Shown here one piece after another: positions 36,977 to 48,610 of a DNA stretch of 64,000 nt (positions within the stretch are counted from its first letter, which is position 1; every line of letters begins with the position of its first letter). Origin of the DNA: Basidiobolus meristosporus CBS 931.73 (lineage: Eukaryota; Fungi; Basidiobolomycota). A model generated the notes under the pieces. That model saw nothing but the letters and a program-made list of their open reading frames with translations. It made no database searches and was not told where the DNA came from. The translations under genes were made by a program, and so were the position numbers. The stretch covers positions 66,708 to 130,707 of the forward strand of contig MCFE01000203.1 of assembly GCA_002104905.1 (NCBI GenBank), given 5' to 3'.

Positions 36977-37183
36977 ATCGTGTACGTATTCGAAGCGCGA
37001 TTCCGTAGCGCGATTCCATAGCCACCACCCATATGTAGATTCCATCAATAAACCTTTGTGATATACGCTGATCGATTGGCGCCATCGATGTTTATACATG
37101 CTCATGCCATACATTCTGGCGATCAAGGGGCAGAATATATACAGTAGAGTAAAGAAATCAATGCTTTTAATTTTAAACCTAGA

Positions 37184-38287
37184 CTATTTGTACACATCGG
37201 TATTTCTGAAGCTCGAGTTGTCTCTAAGAGCATCGTTGTGGGTTTTGTATTCCATGATGGTATCGCCAGGGAGGTTGAGCACTCGCTTCAAAGTGTCCCT
37301 AGACATCTAGTAAGCAACAGGGTACTGAGCAGAACGTGAAGGGTCTATACCGTACTTGATTTTCAGGTTGATCCTGCCTTCGTCGGCGGAGCGATTCCAC
37401 ACGGAGAGAATATCTTCGGAATGACGAATGGACAGCACTGCGCCACAGATTTCGGAGCCCACATCGAACTGGTCACCGATGACTGCCAGCACCTAGGGCG
37501 GTGTTAGTAACCTGGCTGCACGGCGCTCGCAAACCACCTTCACTTACCAAGCTCTCCCAATACCGCGATGCGAGGCCTTTTTTCAAACGGACAATCCATT
37601 TACCGCCATTGATGTTTACATCGTCCTTGGAGGATAAGAGAGATGAATTTCCATACCCCGTGATGTGTGGTGGATATAAATTGAAGTACCTCCCAAACCG
37701 GGCGAACCCCCTGTTTAAATAGGTGATAATCACTAATGGTTGGCAGCTCGTGTGGTCTACGCAAATGGGAGTACACAGCCCAGAAATCTTCGATCTTTGC
37801 TTCGGGTTTAGTACACGGTGGAGAAGGGAGTTAAAAGTAGGGGGGGGCCTACCGAAGAAAAAGCCGCTATCTTCTTCATAGCGCTCTCGTAGTTAAGGAT
37901 TTTCTGACCTGGCTGTCTGTGCATGAACCAAAACACCCAAGTGAAATGTAAGGGATGTATTCCGGAGGTATGTTGACCGGCACTGCTGGAAGGTGTAGCG
38001 GAGCCCGAAACTGGGGGCAAAGAGCTGACGGTGCTAGGCGCAGGGGCTGTGGTGGGATTGCCTCCATTCGGGCCCACGACGTTTGCTGTGTTGAGGCTGG
38101 AATTGGAGCGTTGTAGTTGAATGAGTTTGGAACCGGATGTTGAAAGGATCGATGAGTTTGAAGCTGTGCTGCCCGAGCGGGAAGGTCTACAGGTGAAGAA
38201 GGAAAGAGGGTTGGTGTAAGCCACAGATGAGCGAGATCGCTAGCATACGTACTGCTTTCTTAAGGTATTAACAGTAGTTGACTCCAT
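37184..38287 (-). CDS. EIF4E2: Class II eIF4E (4EHP/eIF4E2-like) cap-binding protein, multi-exon
   Basis: HPLHFTWVFW, Tyr at the W56-equivalent position (NYESAM), EDFWAVY, LFKQGVRPVWEDDVNINGGKW, C-terminus EYKTHNDALRDNSSFRNTDVYK. Confidence 0.88.
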
Positions 38288-38942
38288 GCCACTCTGATAA
38301 GATTAGCTTTCTTTGGTGGTGATATTTATAGAAAGTGAAGGCTTTGGGAAATAGGTTTAATAAGAATGAAGGAATAACTCTAATATTGTACAGATCAGTC
38401 GTTAGGCAACAAAACGCGAAAACGTGTTCGAGAGTAGTGTGTGGGTAATAGAACGGATATTGCCCGTAACGTTAGCTAACGTAAGTATAAATAAAGATAG
38501 GAATAATCAATGAAACGACCTCTTGGAGCTAATATCAACCGATCCAGCTCTACTAGCGAAATTGTATTCAATACGTCACTAATTTGTTTTTTTCTGGTTT
38601 TTTTTCCGTGAATAAACGGTGGCTTAAGGTTAACGTGATGGTGTCCATGTTGGTTAAGTCACATGCGCTGGTGTTGGGCTTGCTGGGAGTAATGCCATTA
38701 TTATGAGTTTCTTAATAAACATCAATTACCTGCTCAGCAAATAGCGTCCAATTGTTGCATATGGATCATTACACCAATGAATGCGACCCCCTTTTGATGC
38801 ACTGTTGAAGATTGAATGCACCGAGAGGCCTCCTAGTGATATTGATCAGTGGATTGGTTTAGTGACGCTTTGAGAGGCCTTGATTGTTCCTTACCTCGTA
38901 TCCCTGAACCTTGGCTTTGAATTACTGTAAAATTTACAAAAT

Positions 38943-41544
38943 ATGGACCGCCGTAAGGAAGAATTGGAGAAGAAGCGTTTGAAGCTAGCTGAATTGAGGC
39001 GTGCTAGAGAGGAAAGACAGCAGGCCTTACTTGTGTCTCAAAACAGGGACCGGGAGGTAATACTAGCTGATAGGTTTTCTTTATCTAGATTTCATCTGTT
39101 AAGCTTACCCATCTTCGGAAATAGGGTGTCAAAGACCGCAGAGATATTGATGATCTGGTCGCCTCCCTTGTTGGGGATAGAGCATCTCAGCATTCACCCA
39201 CTGGCTTATCCTCACCGGAGCCCACTGATGTAACTCCAGAAGCTGGTGGTAGTGCATCTCCCACAGCGACCGTTGCGACTTCCCCAACACAAGCGTTTAC
39301 TCCCAAGTAACAGTTTTCTTTTCGTAATGGCCCGTGTATAGAAGCTTAATTTTGTCTCTCCTTTAGTGTCAACCAACCTAGGTTTATCCCTGAATTCACT
39401 TCTGTTGAAACTGTCATTTGGGATTTGCCTCCCAAGGTATATCAGGACATCTATTTTCGAACTATGCACCGGCCCACATCACTGAACATACTTGTAGGAG
39501 CGGGTCATTTACAACAAAGAGGTTCAAACTACCGAGTGTTCATTTGACAAACCTGAGGTTTCCGAAGAGGAGATTAGAGAAAGACTCCAGGCGGAGCGCG
39601 AGAAAGAGGAAAAAGCCAAGATGGCTGCCCTCGAAGAAGAGCGCGCAAAACAGCAGAAGGAAGCAGAAATCGCTTCCATTGTTCGTGGTAGGCAACTAGT
39701 ACACACACATCCATAGAGCTATTCGGACCGTCTTTGCTGAGCTTGAATTGCAAAACAGAACTATCTGACGATGAGAAGAAGGCAATTGTTTCTTCGAACG
39801 AATTCATGGACTTTGTTGACCAATCCTCGAAAATCATCGAAAGAGCGCTCAACGAGAAATACGACTTCATGGTCGATTACACCCTAGGTCATGACGCTGA
39901 TGGGTAAGACGGAGTTATGCCAGATGCGAGAACGAGCCTTGCTAACGGTCACCTACATAGTGATGATTCTTCCGGAAACCGTGTCAAGTTCCTTTGCTCC
40001 TTTTATGACGACAAGTGGTCCAAGAGTCGCTCCATCACTGATGTAGCTTGGTCACCCAAGGTAAGTTGTCTCAGCACCGATCTGCGCCATGTCAATTTAC
40101 TGAATACGAGTGTTACGCAGTATCCTGAGCTGTTGGCCACCTCGTATAACAAGAACATGACTTCTGTGAATGAGCCGGATGGTGTAGTGCTAGTGTGGAA
40201 CCTACACTTGATGGACCGACCTGAATTCGTTTTCCATACTCAGGTAAAGGATTCGCTGAAGAAGACCAAGTGTTCCTTTATTAACCGTCAGTATCCCATG
40301 GATCTAGTCTGATGTAATGAAGACTATGTTCTCGCCATTCCACCCGAATCTGATCATTGGTGGTACATACTCTGGACAGATCGTGCTCTGGGATACCCGA
40401 GCTAAATCGCTTCCAGTGTTGAAGACCCCCTTATCAGCAGTGGGTCATACCCACCCTGTATACTCCATGACCATGGTGGGAACCCAAAACGCCCACAACT
40501 TGATCAGCGCTAGTACCGATGGTACCGTCTGCTCCTGGCAGCTAGACATGCTCGCGCAGCCACAGGTGCGTCATTTCGTAATGATGTATGCCGAGGCCCC
40601 CTCCCCAACATTCATATTTTCCTTTTGATGCTGTCTAGGAAACACTCGAGCTGTTGCATCCTTCGCACAACAAAACAGATGAAATCTCTGTCACCACCGT
40701 AGGATTCCCAGACAACGAAACCACCGCCTTTTGGGTTGGAACCGAAGAGGGAAATGTGTACCAGGCCAATCGATATGATCGTGCTGGAAGGTACGCCACT
40801 TCGGCAACTTGATAGCCAAGCAGGCTTAAGTTAACATTCCCGTTCCCATTCTCTAGTAAGGCTGGTATTAATCAGTTCGACACCTACAAAGGCCACAATG
40901 GCGTGATTACCGGGCTTCATTTCCACCCCTTGGTCGGTCCTATCGACTTCTCTGATTTATTCTTGACTTGTTCTGTGGATTGGACAGTGAAGCTATGGAA
41001 AGCCAAGGTATGTTACCTTCACCCTTGGACGTGCATAACGAGTCGATACTGATCGGGACATCTCCCATCAAGTCTGTCACAAAAGCGCCTACAGCACCAC
41101 GCCAGATCTCACCGCTGTATTCGTTTGAGGAAGCAAGTGATTATGTGTACGATGTCAAATGGTCGCCATCGCACCCATCTGTTTTCGCCGCGGTGGACGC
41201 CAGTGGCCACTTTGATCTTTGGAATCTCAACTCAGACACCGAGGTAAATTGCAGCTATGGTTCCATTCAGCTGCACTCCATTGATTCCGACTAATCCCCT
41301 ATCCCTCAAGGTGCCTACTGTGAGAACAGTGGTTGGATCTGGAAGAGGACTCAACAAGATCGAATGGGACAAAGAGGGCCGCAAAGCTGCCATTGGCTCA
41401 TCAGATGGACATCTCTATGTGTATGATATCGGAGATATGGCGGTACCACGTCCAGATGAGTGGAACATCTTCCAGAAAACTGTGTCGGAGATGACGGCCA
41501 CCTCTCCCCAAACCGACGGCAGCAAGTCAGTGGTTGGGCGTTAA
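38943..41544 (+). CDS. Cytoplasmic dynein intermediate chain (WD40), many exons; apparent +1 insertion at ~39580-39583
   Basis: N-terminal [22 protein letters not shown] coiled coil, WD repeats ([30 protein letters not shown]). Confidence 0.92.
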
Positions 41545-41864
41545 ATGATCCGGTCGATCAGTATACCCATACCTTGCCTCTAGCCCGGGGATTTTCACTT
41601 CTTTACGTGTATTAAATATTGAGGAGACCAAGACTTCTCTCGTAATTAACCTTAAGTAAAACCATGTAGTAACACGAAACCAACCCCAACATACACAGTC
41701 CACTCTATGTTCCGGTACTCAATAAACCCCCTCGCAATACCCAAACACCATGAAGGAAGAGCTGTTTGCGTCCTTTAATAATATTTGAAGAAGTTATACA
41801 CAGGGGAAAGTAAGAAAAATCTAGGACTAGACCGGCGAGAATCCGTCGAAGATATCGGCCGAAA

Positions 41865-42663
41865 CTAGGCTTTGGTTTGTTTGAACGCAGCTAGGCTGAG
41901 CTCCTTCTCGATGTTGTCGAAGATGTTCACGGTAGACTGAAGCGAGTCGATCAGGATCTCCAATCGGGTACCATCGAAATTCTCCTCCTGTAAACGAAGG
42001 TGAGTCCGGGTGTCCATCAAAGAGGGGAGCACGAGTTAGGGAGAGGAGGAAGGGGGAAGCTGGTTACCTGTCGGAGCTGATTGAGCTCTTCACCGAACCC
42101 TTCGGTGAGTTTACCGAGATAGAAGTTCTTGAAGTGGTCTTCAGCCGCGGTCTCCACCTGACCTTGAGCCTCCTCCATGTCCATCGTATCCTGGAAGAAA
42201 ACCCAGTTAATCTTACGAAACCTTTCCCAGGGTAAGGTTTGCAGAAGCACGTACCAAGGAGGACTCGATGATGTTGAGACGGTTGAAGCTTTTGGAGGTC
42301 TCTACGTTCACCCGACTGATGGTTTTCCAGAGACCAAATTCCACGAACTGCTTCGACAAAGGAAGCTCCGAATTGACTTGGATATCCTTTGAAGAGAAGG
42401 TGCGATTAACGTGGGTGGGCTTGAAACCGATGTCGACCTGCAAATACCTTCAACACGATGTCGGAGAGTAGATCTGGCTCTTCCCTAGAAGCCTTGTAGA
42501 GATTGACAGATTGTTTGATCGACGAGAGAACATCGAGCTGGAGCTTGGGGAGCTCCTCCAGCAAGGTATCTCTAGGAGTGTCCTGGTCAAGCGATATGTC
42601 CCCCTCGAAGATGCTCGACAGCAGCGTCTCCAATTCGGTAAGCACCTCTTTCAATTCCTCCAT
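41865..42663 (-). CDS. Protein with a C-terminal Rsa3 (ribosome assembly protein 3) domain; 5' end uncertain
   Basis: FKNFYLGKLTEGFGEELNQLRQ|EENFDGTRLEILIDSLQSTVNIF resembles the Rsa3 domain; upstream exons joined by predicted GT-AG introns. Confidence 0.6.
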
Positions 42664-43089
42664 GTCTAGCGCACACCCAAAAGCAGTGCAGAGTCCTAAT
42701 CGGAATCTTTTTCTTGGCCGGAGACCATGCGAATCCCAAATCAACATTTTCTTTTTTTCCCCTTTTTTTATTGATCTCATCGAGGCGAAGTGGATTGGTT
42801 TCTGGATTCGGGAAATGGTCGGGATTTTCGGCGGTCCCTGGGTTGGGTAGTGTAGTGTACGGTGCTGCACGGTACGGTACGGTAGTGTAGGGTAGAGTCA
42901 AGGGAGATAGGTAGGGTATCAGGTCGCGGTGGTGGGTGCGGATCCTCCAAAGCACCACACCTCCGAGCCCGATGTCTCTGGAGTCCGCGAGAACGGTATA
43001 TTTAAAAAAAGGCCCGGTTGGCGTCAGCTTCGACGTCCTCGCATGAGATTTCTTTCTTCTTCTGCCTTTCTAGTCAAATAAGCCTGTGT

Positions 43090-43909
43090 TCAAATTAGCC
43101 CAGGTCTGCAACAGCGATTCCATCGTTCCATTGCACATACCGCAGCTCCTTTAAGATGTCTTTTATGCTCCTCTATACTTCTCTGCGCCCGCTCTGGGGT
43201 TATACCACTAGCGACCCTATGAAACAGCAGAGTTGGCTCTTTGGTCTTCAGTCTACCTTGGGAGGAGCCGAAATCGGACTTCCGTGAGTCAGAGGTGGAG
43301 GCGGAGCCGTGTGCAGCCTTCAGACCTAAAGGACATCCACCAGGGTGAGCAAAACAAAGGTCTGGAAATACTGAAAAAGACACGTACTTGAAAGTTTGGT
43401 CTGGACTTTGCCCAAGTTGGTCAAGGGTTCGGTGGAGCGAACCTTTTTGGTGACGCTTTCCACCTCGGGCACCCCTTGCGCTTTGCCGTAGAGCGGCAAG
43501 GGATTTCCGGTGAGGATGGCCTCTGAAATCGGCACCTCACTCGAGATCTTGGTTAGGTTCTTCCGCTTTCGAATATATGGTCGGAGCTCTGGAAGTGGTT
43601 CGGTGGTGGTCGGTAGTGCAAGTTCAGCAAGCTGAGGCTCGTAGTCAAAATCTAAACCTCCGTTAGATTCTGGTGCATACAAGTCAGTTGGTTGCGTGTA
43701 CCTGGTTCAGTGGAGGCCTCTAATGGGTCACCGCTATTTTCTGAGGTTGAGGTTTGTGGCGGCAGCTGTTGGTGTTCTTCAATTTGAGGGGAAGTCTTGG
43801 CAGGTGGCTCATGATGTTCCGCCGGCAAGCTCCCTTCTTTTACATACCAAGTCTGGGTGTAAGGATCCCAGTAATATGGATAGTAAGGGTTGTCATAGTC
43901 CATGTCCAA
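43090..43909 (-). CDS. Hypothetical multi-exon protein, 3' end unresolved
   Basis: ATG at 43909 (MDMDYDNPYYPYYWDPY...), consecutive ORFs linked by plausible GT-AG introns; no family recognised. Confidence 0.45.
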
Positions 43910-44104
43910 GAAACAATATTCATCAATTCATACACAAGAGCCTAATAAGCCCAAAAACGAGACCCATCGCCCCGAATTTGAATAATAACATGGAATGCGC
44001 CGAAATTAGCGATCTGGAAGAGGGACTTGATTTGGATTCATAATGAATGGGTTTATTTCATGAGATAATGCGAATATTAATGATGAATGCGTAGAGGGAT
44101 TGAA

Positions 44105-44350
44105 CTACAATCTGTCTCTAGCCCAGGATTTGGCGAATTCCCTGTTAACGGCGAAGAGTTTGAGGTTGGTATCTTGTTCAATGGATCTCCAAGGATAAGG
44201 GTTGCCCTTTCTATCCCAGACAACTTGGGAACCGCGAGCGAGGCGGGAAACGTACCAAGCGGCACCACCAACAGCAACGCCAAGAATACCGACAATGGGG
44301 AGAACCTCCACGCTATACCAATTTTTCATGAATCCAGCTCTGGCAGCCAT
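44105..44350 (-). CDS. NDUFA4/B12D-like (MLRQ) mitochondrial respiratory-chain subunit
   Basis: 81 aa, EVLPIVGILGVAVGGAAWY single TM, VVWDRKGNPYPW. Confidence 0.85.
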   Translation of the reverse strand: MAARAGFMKNWYSVEVLPIVGILGVAVGGAAWYVSRLARGSQVVWDRKGNPYPWRSIEQDTNLKLFAVNREFAKSWARDRL

Positions 44351-45412
44351 TGTTGTTGTTAGTTGTGAAATGGAAAGGTGAGGCTCAGAGATGTGACTGA
44401 CTAGGGTATTTATACTTGGTGGGTGTTTGGTGCTCTAACCGCTAGATGTCGACGGATCTAATCGTAACCGTTTTCACCGAATCAACACCCATTAGCGGCG
44501 GCGAAGCGGGAAGGTGGTCGCACAGAAATCACGTCAATTATGTCCCTTCTCCATATCTGTGGTCCGAAGAAACCGGAAATATCTGTGGCTCTATCAATAG
44601 ATGAAAAAACCCCATTCGCATGGATACTGGATGGCCAACTGCGGTATAGCTCCCAATGGCTACGCTCAGGAGAATACTGCGTCTGATGGTGATACAATCG
44701 GCTCACTACCGTCAATGAGAATTAGAGTTTAATAATTCCCTGCACTATTGTGTGTCATGAATGCACGAATCTTGGGGAAATCGGATTTGTGTCATCCACT
44801 CCTAACCGCTAATATAAGGCGTGTAGCAACGCCTGTGGATGAATAGAACGGAATTGAGTGTTGGGTGTTGAGTACTAAGTGGAGGAAAGCATATGTTTGT
44901 CGGTCAATTAAAAGTATGGTTGTCATTATGGAGGGTGGGCAATGAGTGTTCCATGGATTGTTCCCTACTCCCACACTACTGGCTCATGGATGTGGGGAGT
45001 CTTTGCTGATTGCAGTTGGGAATTCCGCTGAACAATTCGCCGCGGGTTTCTCAGGCCAATGTCCTATCAAGATGGTATCAGTCTAATTATTCTTCAGAGC
45101 CAATCATGTTGCTTGGATAGCACAAGGTCACCAGAGCCTGTACTTTCCCAATTGAACCTACTTCCTGCCCCATGGCCGATAGCAACAGTGCCGGGATATC
45201 CAAATAGGCAATGGTACGTCATGGTTTGCTTGGTACATATTAAATGGTATATTATTGATCATGAGTTGAAAAATGAGTTTACATGTTTAGGCACAACATT
45301 AATGGCGTTACTAGGACGTAATAATCTCTAGGCGGGTTGCGGATGAATCGGAGGAATGGTTAACAAACGAAACCACATGTATATGTCAGAAAGTAAATGG
45401 ATTTGCTTTGAT

Positions 45413-46954
45413 TTACTCCATAGAGAAATCGCAGTCTTCTAGGCGCACAAGCTTGGTCTTCTTGACAATCTTGTACCCAAGGAAGAGAATGAGGAACAAG
45501 AAGACAGCTAGGTAATTAGAGATAATGGAGGACCAATCGATGGGATGCGAGGCAAACCCAACATATCCTTGGCCGATAATCACTACAGTACACAGGAACA
45601 AGGCGAGCAATGGTCCGAAGGGATAGAACATCGCGGAATAGGGAAGCTCCTTCATGTCATGTCCTTGGATAAGGAACGCTTTGCGGAAACGATAGTGACT
45701 CAAAGCAATACCGAACCAAGCAAGGAAACCACACACACCAGAGATATTCAGCAGCCATTCGTAGACGACGCCTCCCTTCAAGAAGTTTGAAGCGAAGGCA
45801 ACACAAGCAACCAAGGTGGTAGCCGCCAGGCAGTAGATAGGAATACCTCTTGAGTTGACCTTGCGGAGGAACTTGGGAGCCTTTCCTTCGTTGGCGAGGA
45901 CCCAAAGGGTACGGGTAGAAGCGTACATTCCAGAGTTACCGGCGGAGAGGACGGTGATGAGAATAATGGCGTTCATGATATCCGGGGCTGGCCCCAAGCC
46001 AGCCTTCTGGAACACGAGGGTGAAGGGGGAAATGGAAACACTGTTGGATGTACCATCGCCGGCATCGAGAAGACGGGGATCGTTCCAGGGAATCAAAAGA
46101 CCAATAATGAAAATGGCACAAATATAAAACAAAAGAATACGCCAGAAAACCTGCTTGATAGCTTTGGGAACATGCTTCTCAGGGTTGGAACTCTCACCGG
46201 CAGCAACACCAACCATCTCAGTTCCCTGGAACGAGAAACCAGCGACCAAGAACACCTTGAATACACCGAGTGCTCCGTTGACGAAGGGCGCTTCAGGGAT
46301 GGTCCAGTTCTCAAAGCCATAGGTATGGTGGCCAAGACCACCAGCGGCGACGACAATACCAATAATAATGAAAATAACTACAGTAATAATCTTGATCAAG
46401 GCAAACCAGTATTCGGCTTCACCATAACCTTTAACAGATATACAATTTAAGCCCACGATGATGATCAGCAGAATGATACTCCAAACAATCTTGGGAACAT
46501 TTGGCAGCCAGTATTCCACGATGATACCACCAGCGACCAGTTCGACAGCGACAGTGATGGCCCAGTTGAACCAGTAGTTCCAGCCGAGAGCAAAGCCGAA
46601 TGCCGAATCGACGAAGCGGCTTCCGTAGGTATTGAACGAACCGGAAACAGGCATGTACGTTGCCATCTCACCCAAACTGGTCATCAGCAAGAACACCATG
46701 ATACCGATGGCAAAGTAAGAAACCAAGGAACCACCAGGTCCGGCGTTTGCGATAGATGATCCGCAAGCAAGGAATAAACCAGTACCAATCGTACCACCAA
46801 TGGAAATCATCGACAAGTGGCGAGATTTAAGAGTACGCTGAAGCTTCTGGGTCTCCTCCCCAGACTTCTCCATATTCGACTTCTCAGTGTCGTGGAGCTT
46901 CTCCTCTCCGTGTAATGTATCGGAGTCCATAGGATTTAATTCAACACTCCTCAT
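45413..46954 (-). CDS. APC-superfamily amino acid permease, LysP-like, intronless
   Basis: RHLSMISIGGTIGTGLF, FALGWNYWFNWA, FSFQGTE, SAGNSGMYASTR; about 12 hydrophobic segments. Confidence 0.93.
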   Translation of the reverse strand: MRSVELNPMDSDTLHGEEKLHDTEKSNMEKSGEETQKLQRTLKSRHLSMISIGGTIGTGLFLACGSSIANAGPGGSLVSYFAIGIMVFLLMTSLGEMATYMPVSGSFNTYGSRFVDSAFGFALGWNYWFNWAITVAVELVAGGIIVEYWLPNVPKIVWSIILLIIIVGLNCISVKGYGEAEYWFALIKIITVVIFIIIGIVVAAGGLGHHTYGFENWTIPEAPFVNGALGVFKVFLVAGFSFQGTEMVGVAAGESSNPEKHVPKAIKQVFWRILLFYICAIFIIGLLIPWNDPRLLDAGDGTSNSVSISPFTLVFQKAGLGPAPDIMNAIILITVLSAGNSGMYASTRTLWVLANEGKAPKFLRKVNSRGIPIYCLAATTLVACVAFASNFLKGGVVYEWLLNISGVCGFLAWFGIALSHYRFRKAFLIQGHDMKELPYSAMFYPFGPLLALFLCTVVIIGQGYVGFASHPIDWSSIISNYLAVFLFLILFLGYKIVKKTKLVRLEDCDFSME

Positions 46955-48610
46955 ATCGTCTTTGGTTCAAGCGAGAAATCCTCGGTGTAAGAAGGAATTG
47001 TGAAAGTTAATAAAATAAGGGAATCTTTTGCGAGCAGGCGATGGTCAGAACAAGTCTGGCGAGTAGGTGTTACTTGACGAAGTGGAGTTTTCGCACGAGT
47101 AGGTAAAGCTTGAACGCGATATTCAAGAGTGTGAGAATTTTCCAACCTTGATTGCGAGCAATATATACCCGGAAGAATTGATTCTCGAAAAATACTGAAG
47201 AAACAGGTTGTCCAACCACAGGATCCCACCCCATAAAAGGGAATATCTACCCAATCAGAATATTTCTACACTTGTCTAGAAATTGCCTTTTGTGGGGAGG
47301 GATTTTATTATATTCAGTTAGGAAAGCATCCACTCACCGATTATTGGACCATCTAAAGGCCATGAGTCATATTTACACTACTTCACTTTAGGTTTGTCAT
47401 CTTGGTAAACTTCTATATCCACAGGTAGGCGTGGGTTGGTTGGTCGGTTGGGCACTGCATCCCATAGATTGGTAGATATTCCATTCCTGAGTGGTCAGCT
47501 GCCTTGGGGGGCGATCCGCGATACCCATCAGATTTCCAGCAGGGTGTGGTAACTGGAGAGCGCTCTACTTGATTCAACCTCAAGTCACTCGAATAAGCAA
47601 TTTACCCTGCTGCATTCAACCCTCCAATTAAGCAATAATCGATGGTGGCTATTTCGAAGTTGCGGCACTACAAAGATCCAAAATTGGCTTGTGTTCCTGA
47701 TCATTTCACGATTATTCTGATTACATACCCCTCCCACATACTGATCAACAGTTACCCGTGTGATGGTCTGTGAAACGTAATGACCACAAGTTTGCAGCTT
47801 TTTCACCACATGCCATGTTGAAGATGCCAAGTTCTCCTATTTTGGTTGCTAACATGCTTTCTGGCCAGGGTGGTCCAGTGACTGATGATCGCGGCATTTG
47901 CTCCAATTAGCCCACGAAATATCTACCAACTCGGGATGTCGTGAGAAACTGAAAGAACTTATTTTACACAAGTAAAGCATATAGCAAAGCTAAATGTTTT
48001 AAACTTTTCAGCATTGCCGTTTTGAGCTTCAGCCGTATATAGCGGGAGCTCAATCCCCTCTCATCCTGCTGTTTCCCGTCTGTATATCCTGACTTTGAGT
48101 GGGAAATCATTCTTTCCTTTGTCACTGCCAATGATTGACTGTAGATCAATGCGTCACGTCTACAGAAGAGCCAGTGTTGAATGTTGCATGTTAGCTCAAA
48201 GGGATATTCAAGCTAGGTATGATCTAGTTTCATAGCTTGATTTGGATTTGGAGTGTTCCGAGCGTCATACAGAGTAAGACAAATATATATGTATTGGAGG
48301 GATGTTTAGTTTATGAAAGGTTGAATTGCTGAATCATCATAGATACGGAAAATAACGCGTACCGCAAGAGTAATCCCCTGATAGAAAGCCGTTGTTACGT
48401 TTACATGTCTAAATGCAATCTGAGACAACTGATTATCCCACACCCTCCACTTCACACCTATTGGTCTTGTATAGACTGAGGATGGAGGTGACATATTAAC
48501 CAAGCAAGCGTTGGGATTGAGACTGCTAGTAAGATTTCAGCCAACATATCCGTGGGATGTATTCTGTTTATTCACTTGCATATACATGAAGATCTTAGAA
48601 TCTTAGCAGG

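Noticed and set aside
36413-37126. 237-aa - strand ORF with poly-Ser
   Set aside because: Better explained as the antisense of the poly-Glu APC15-like gene
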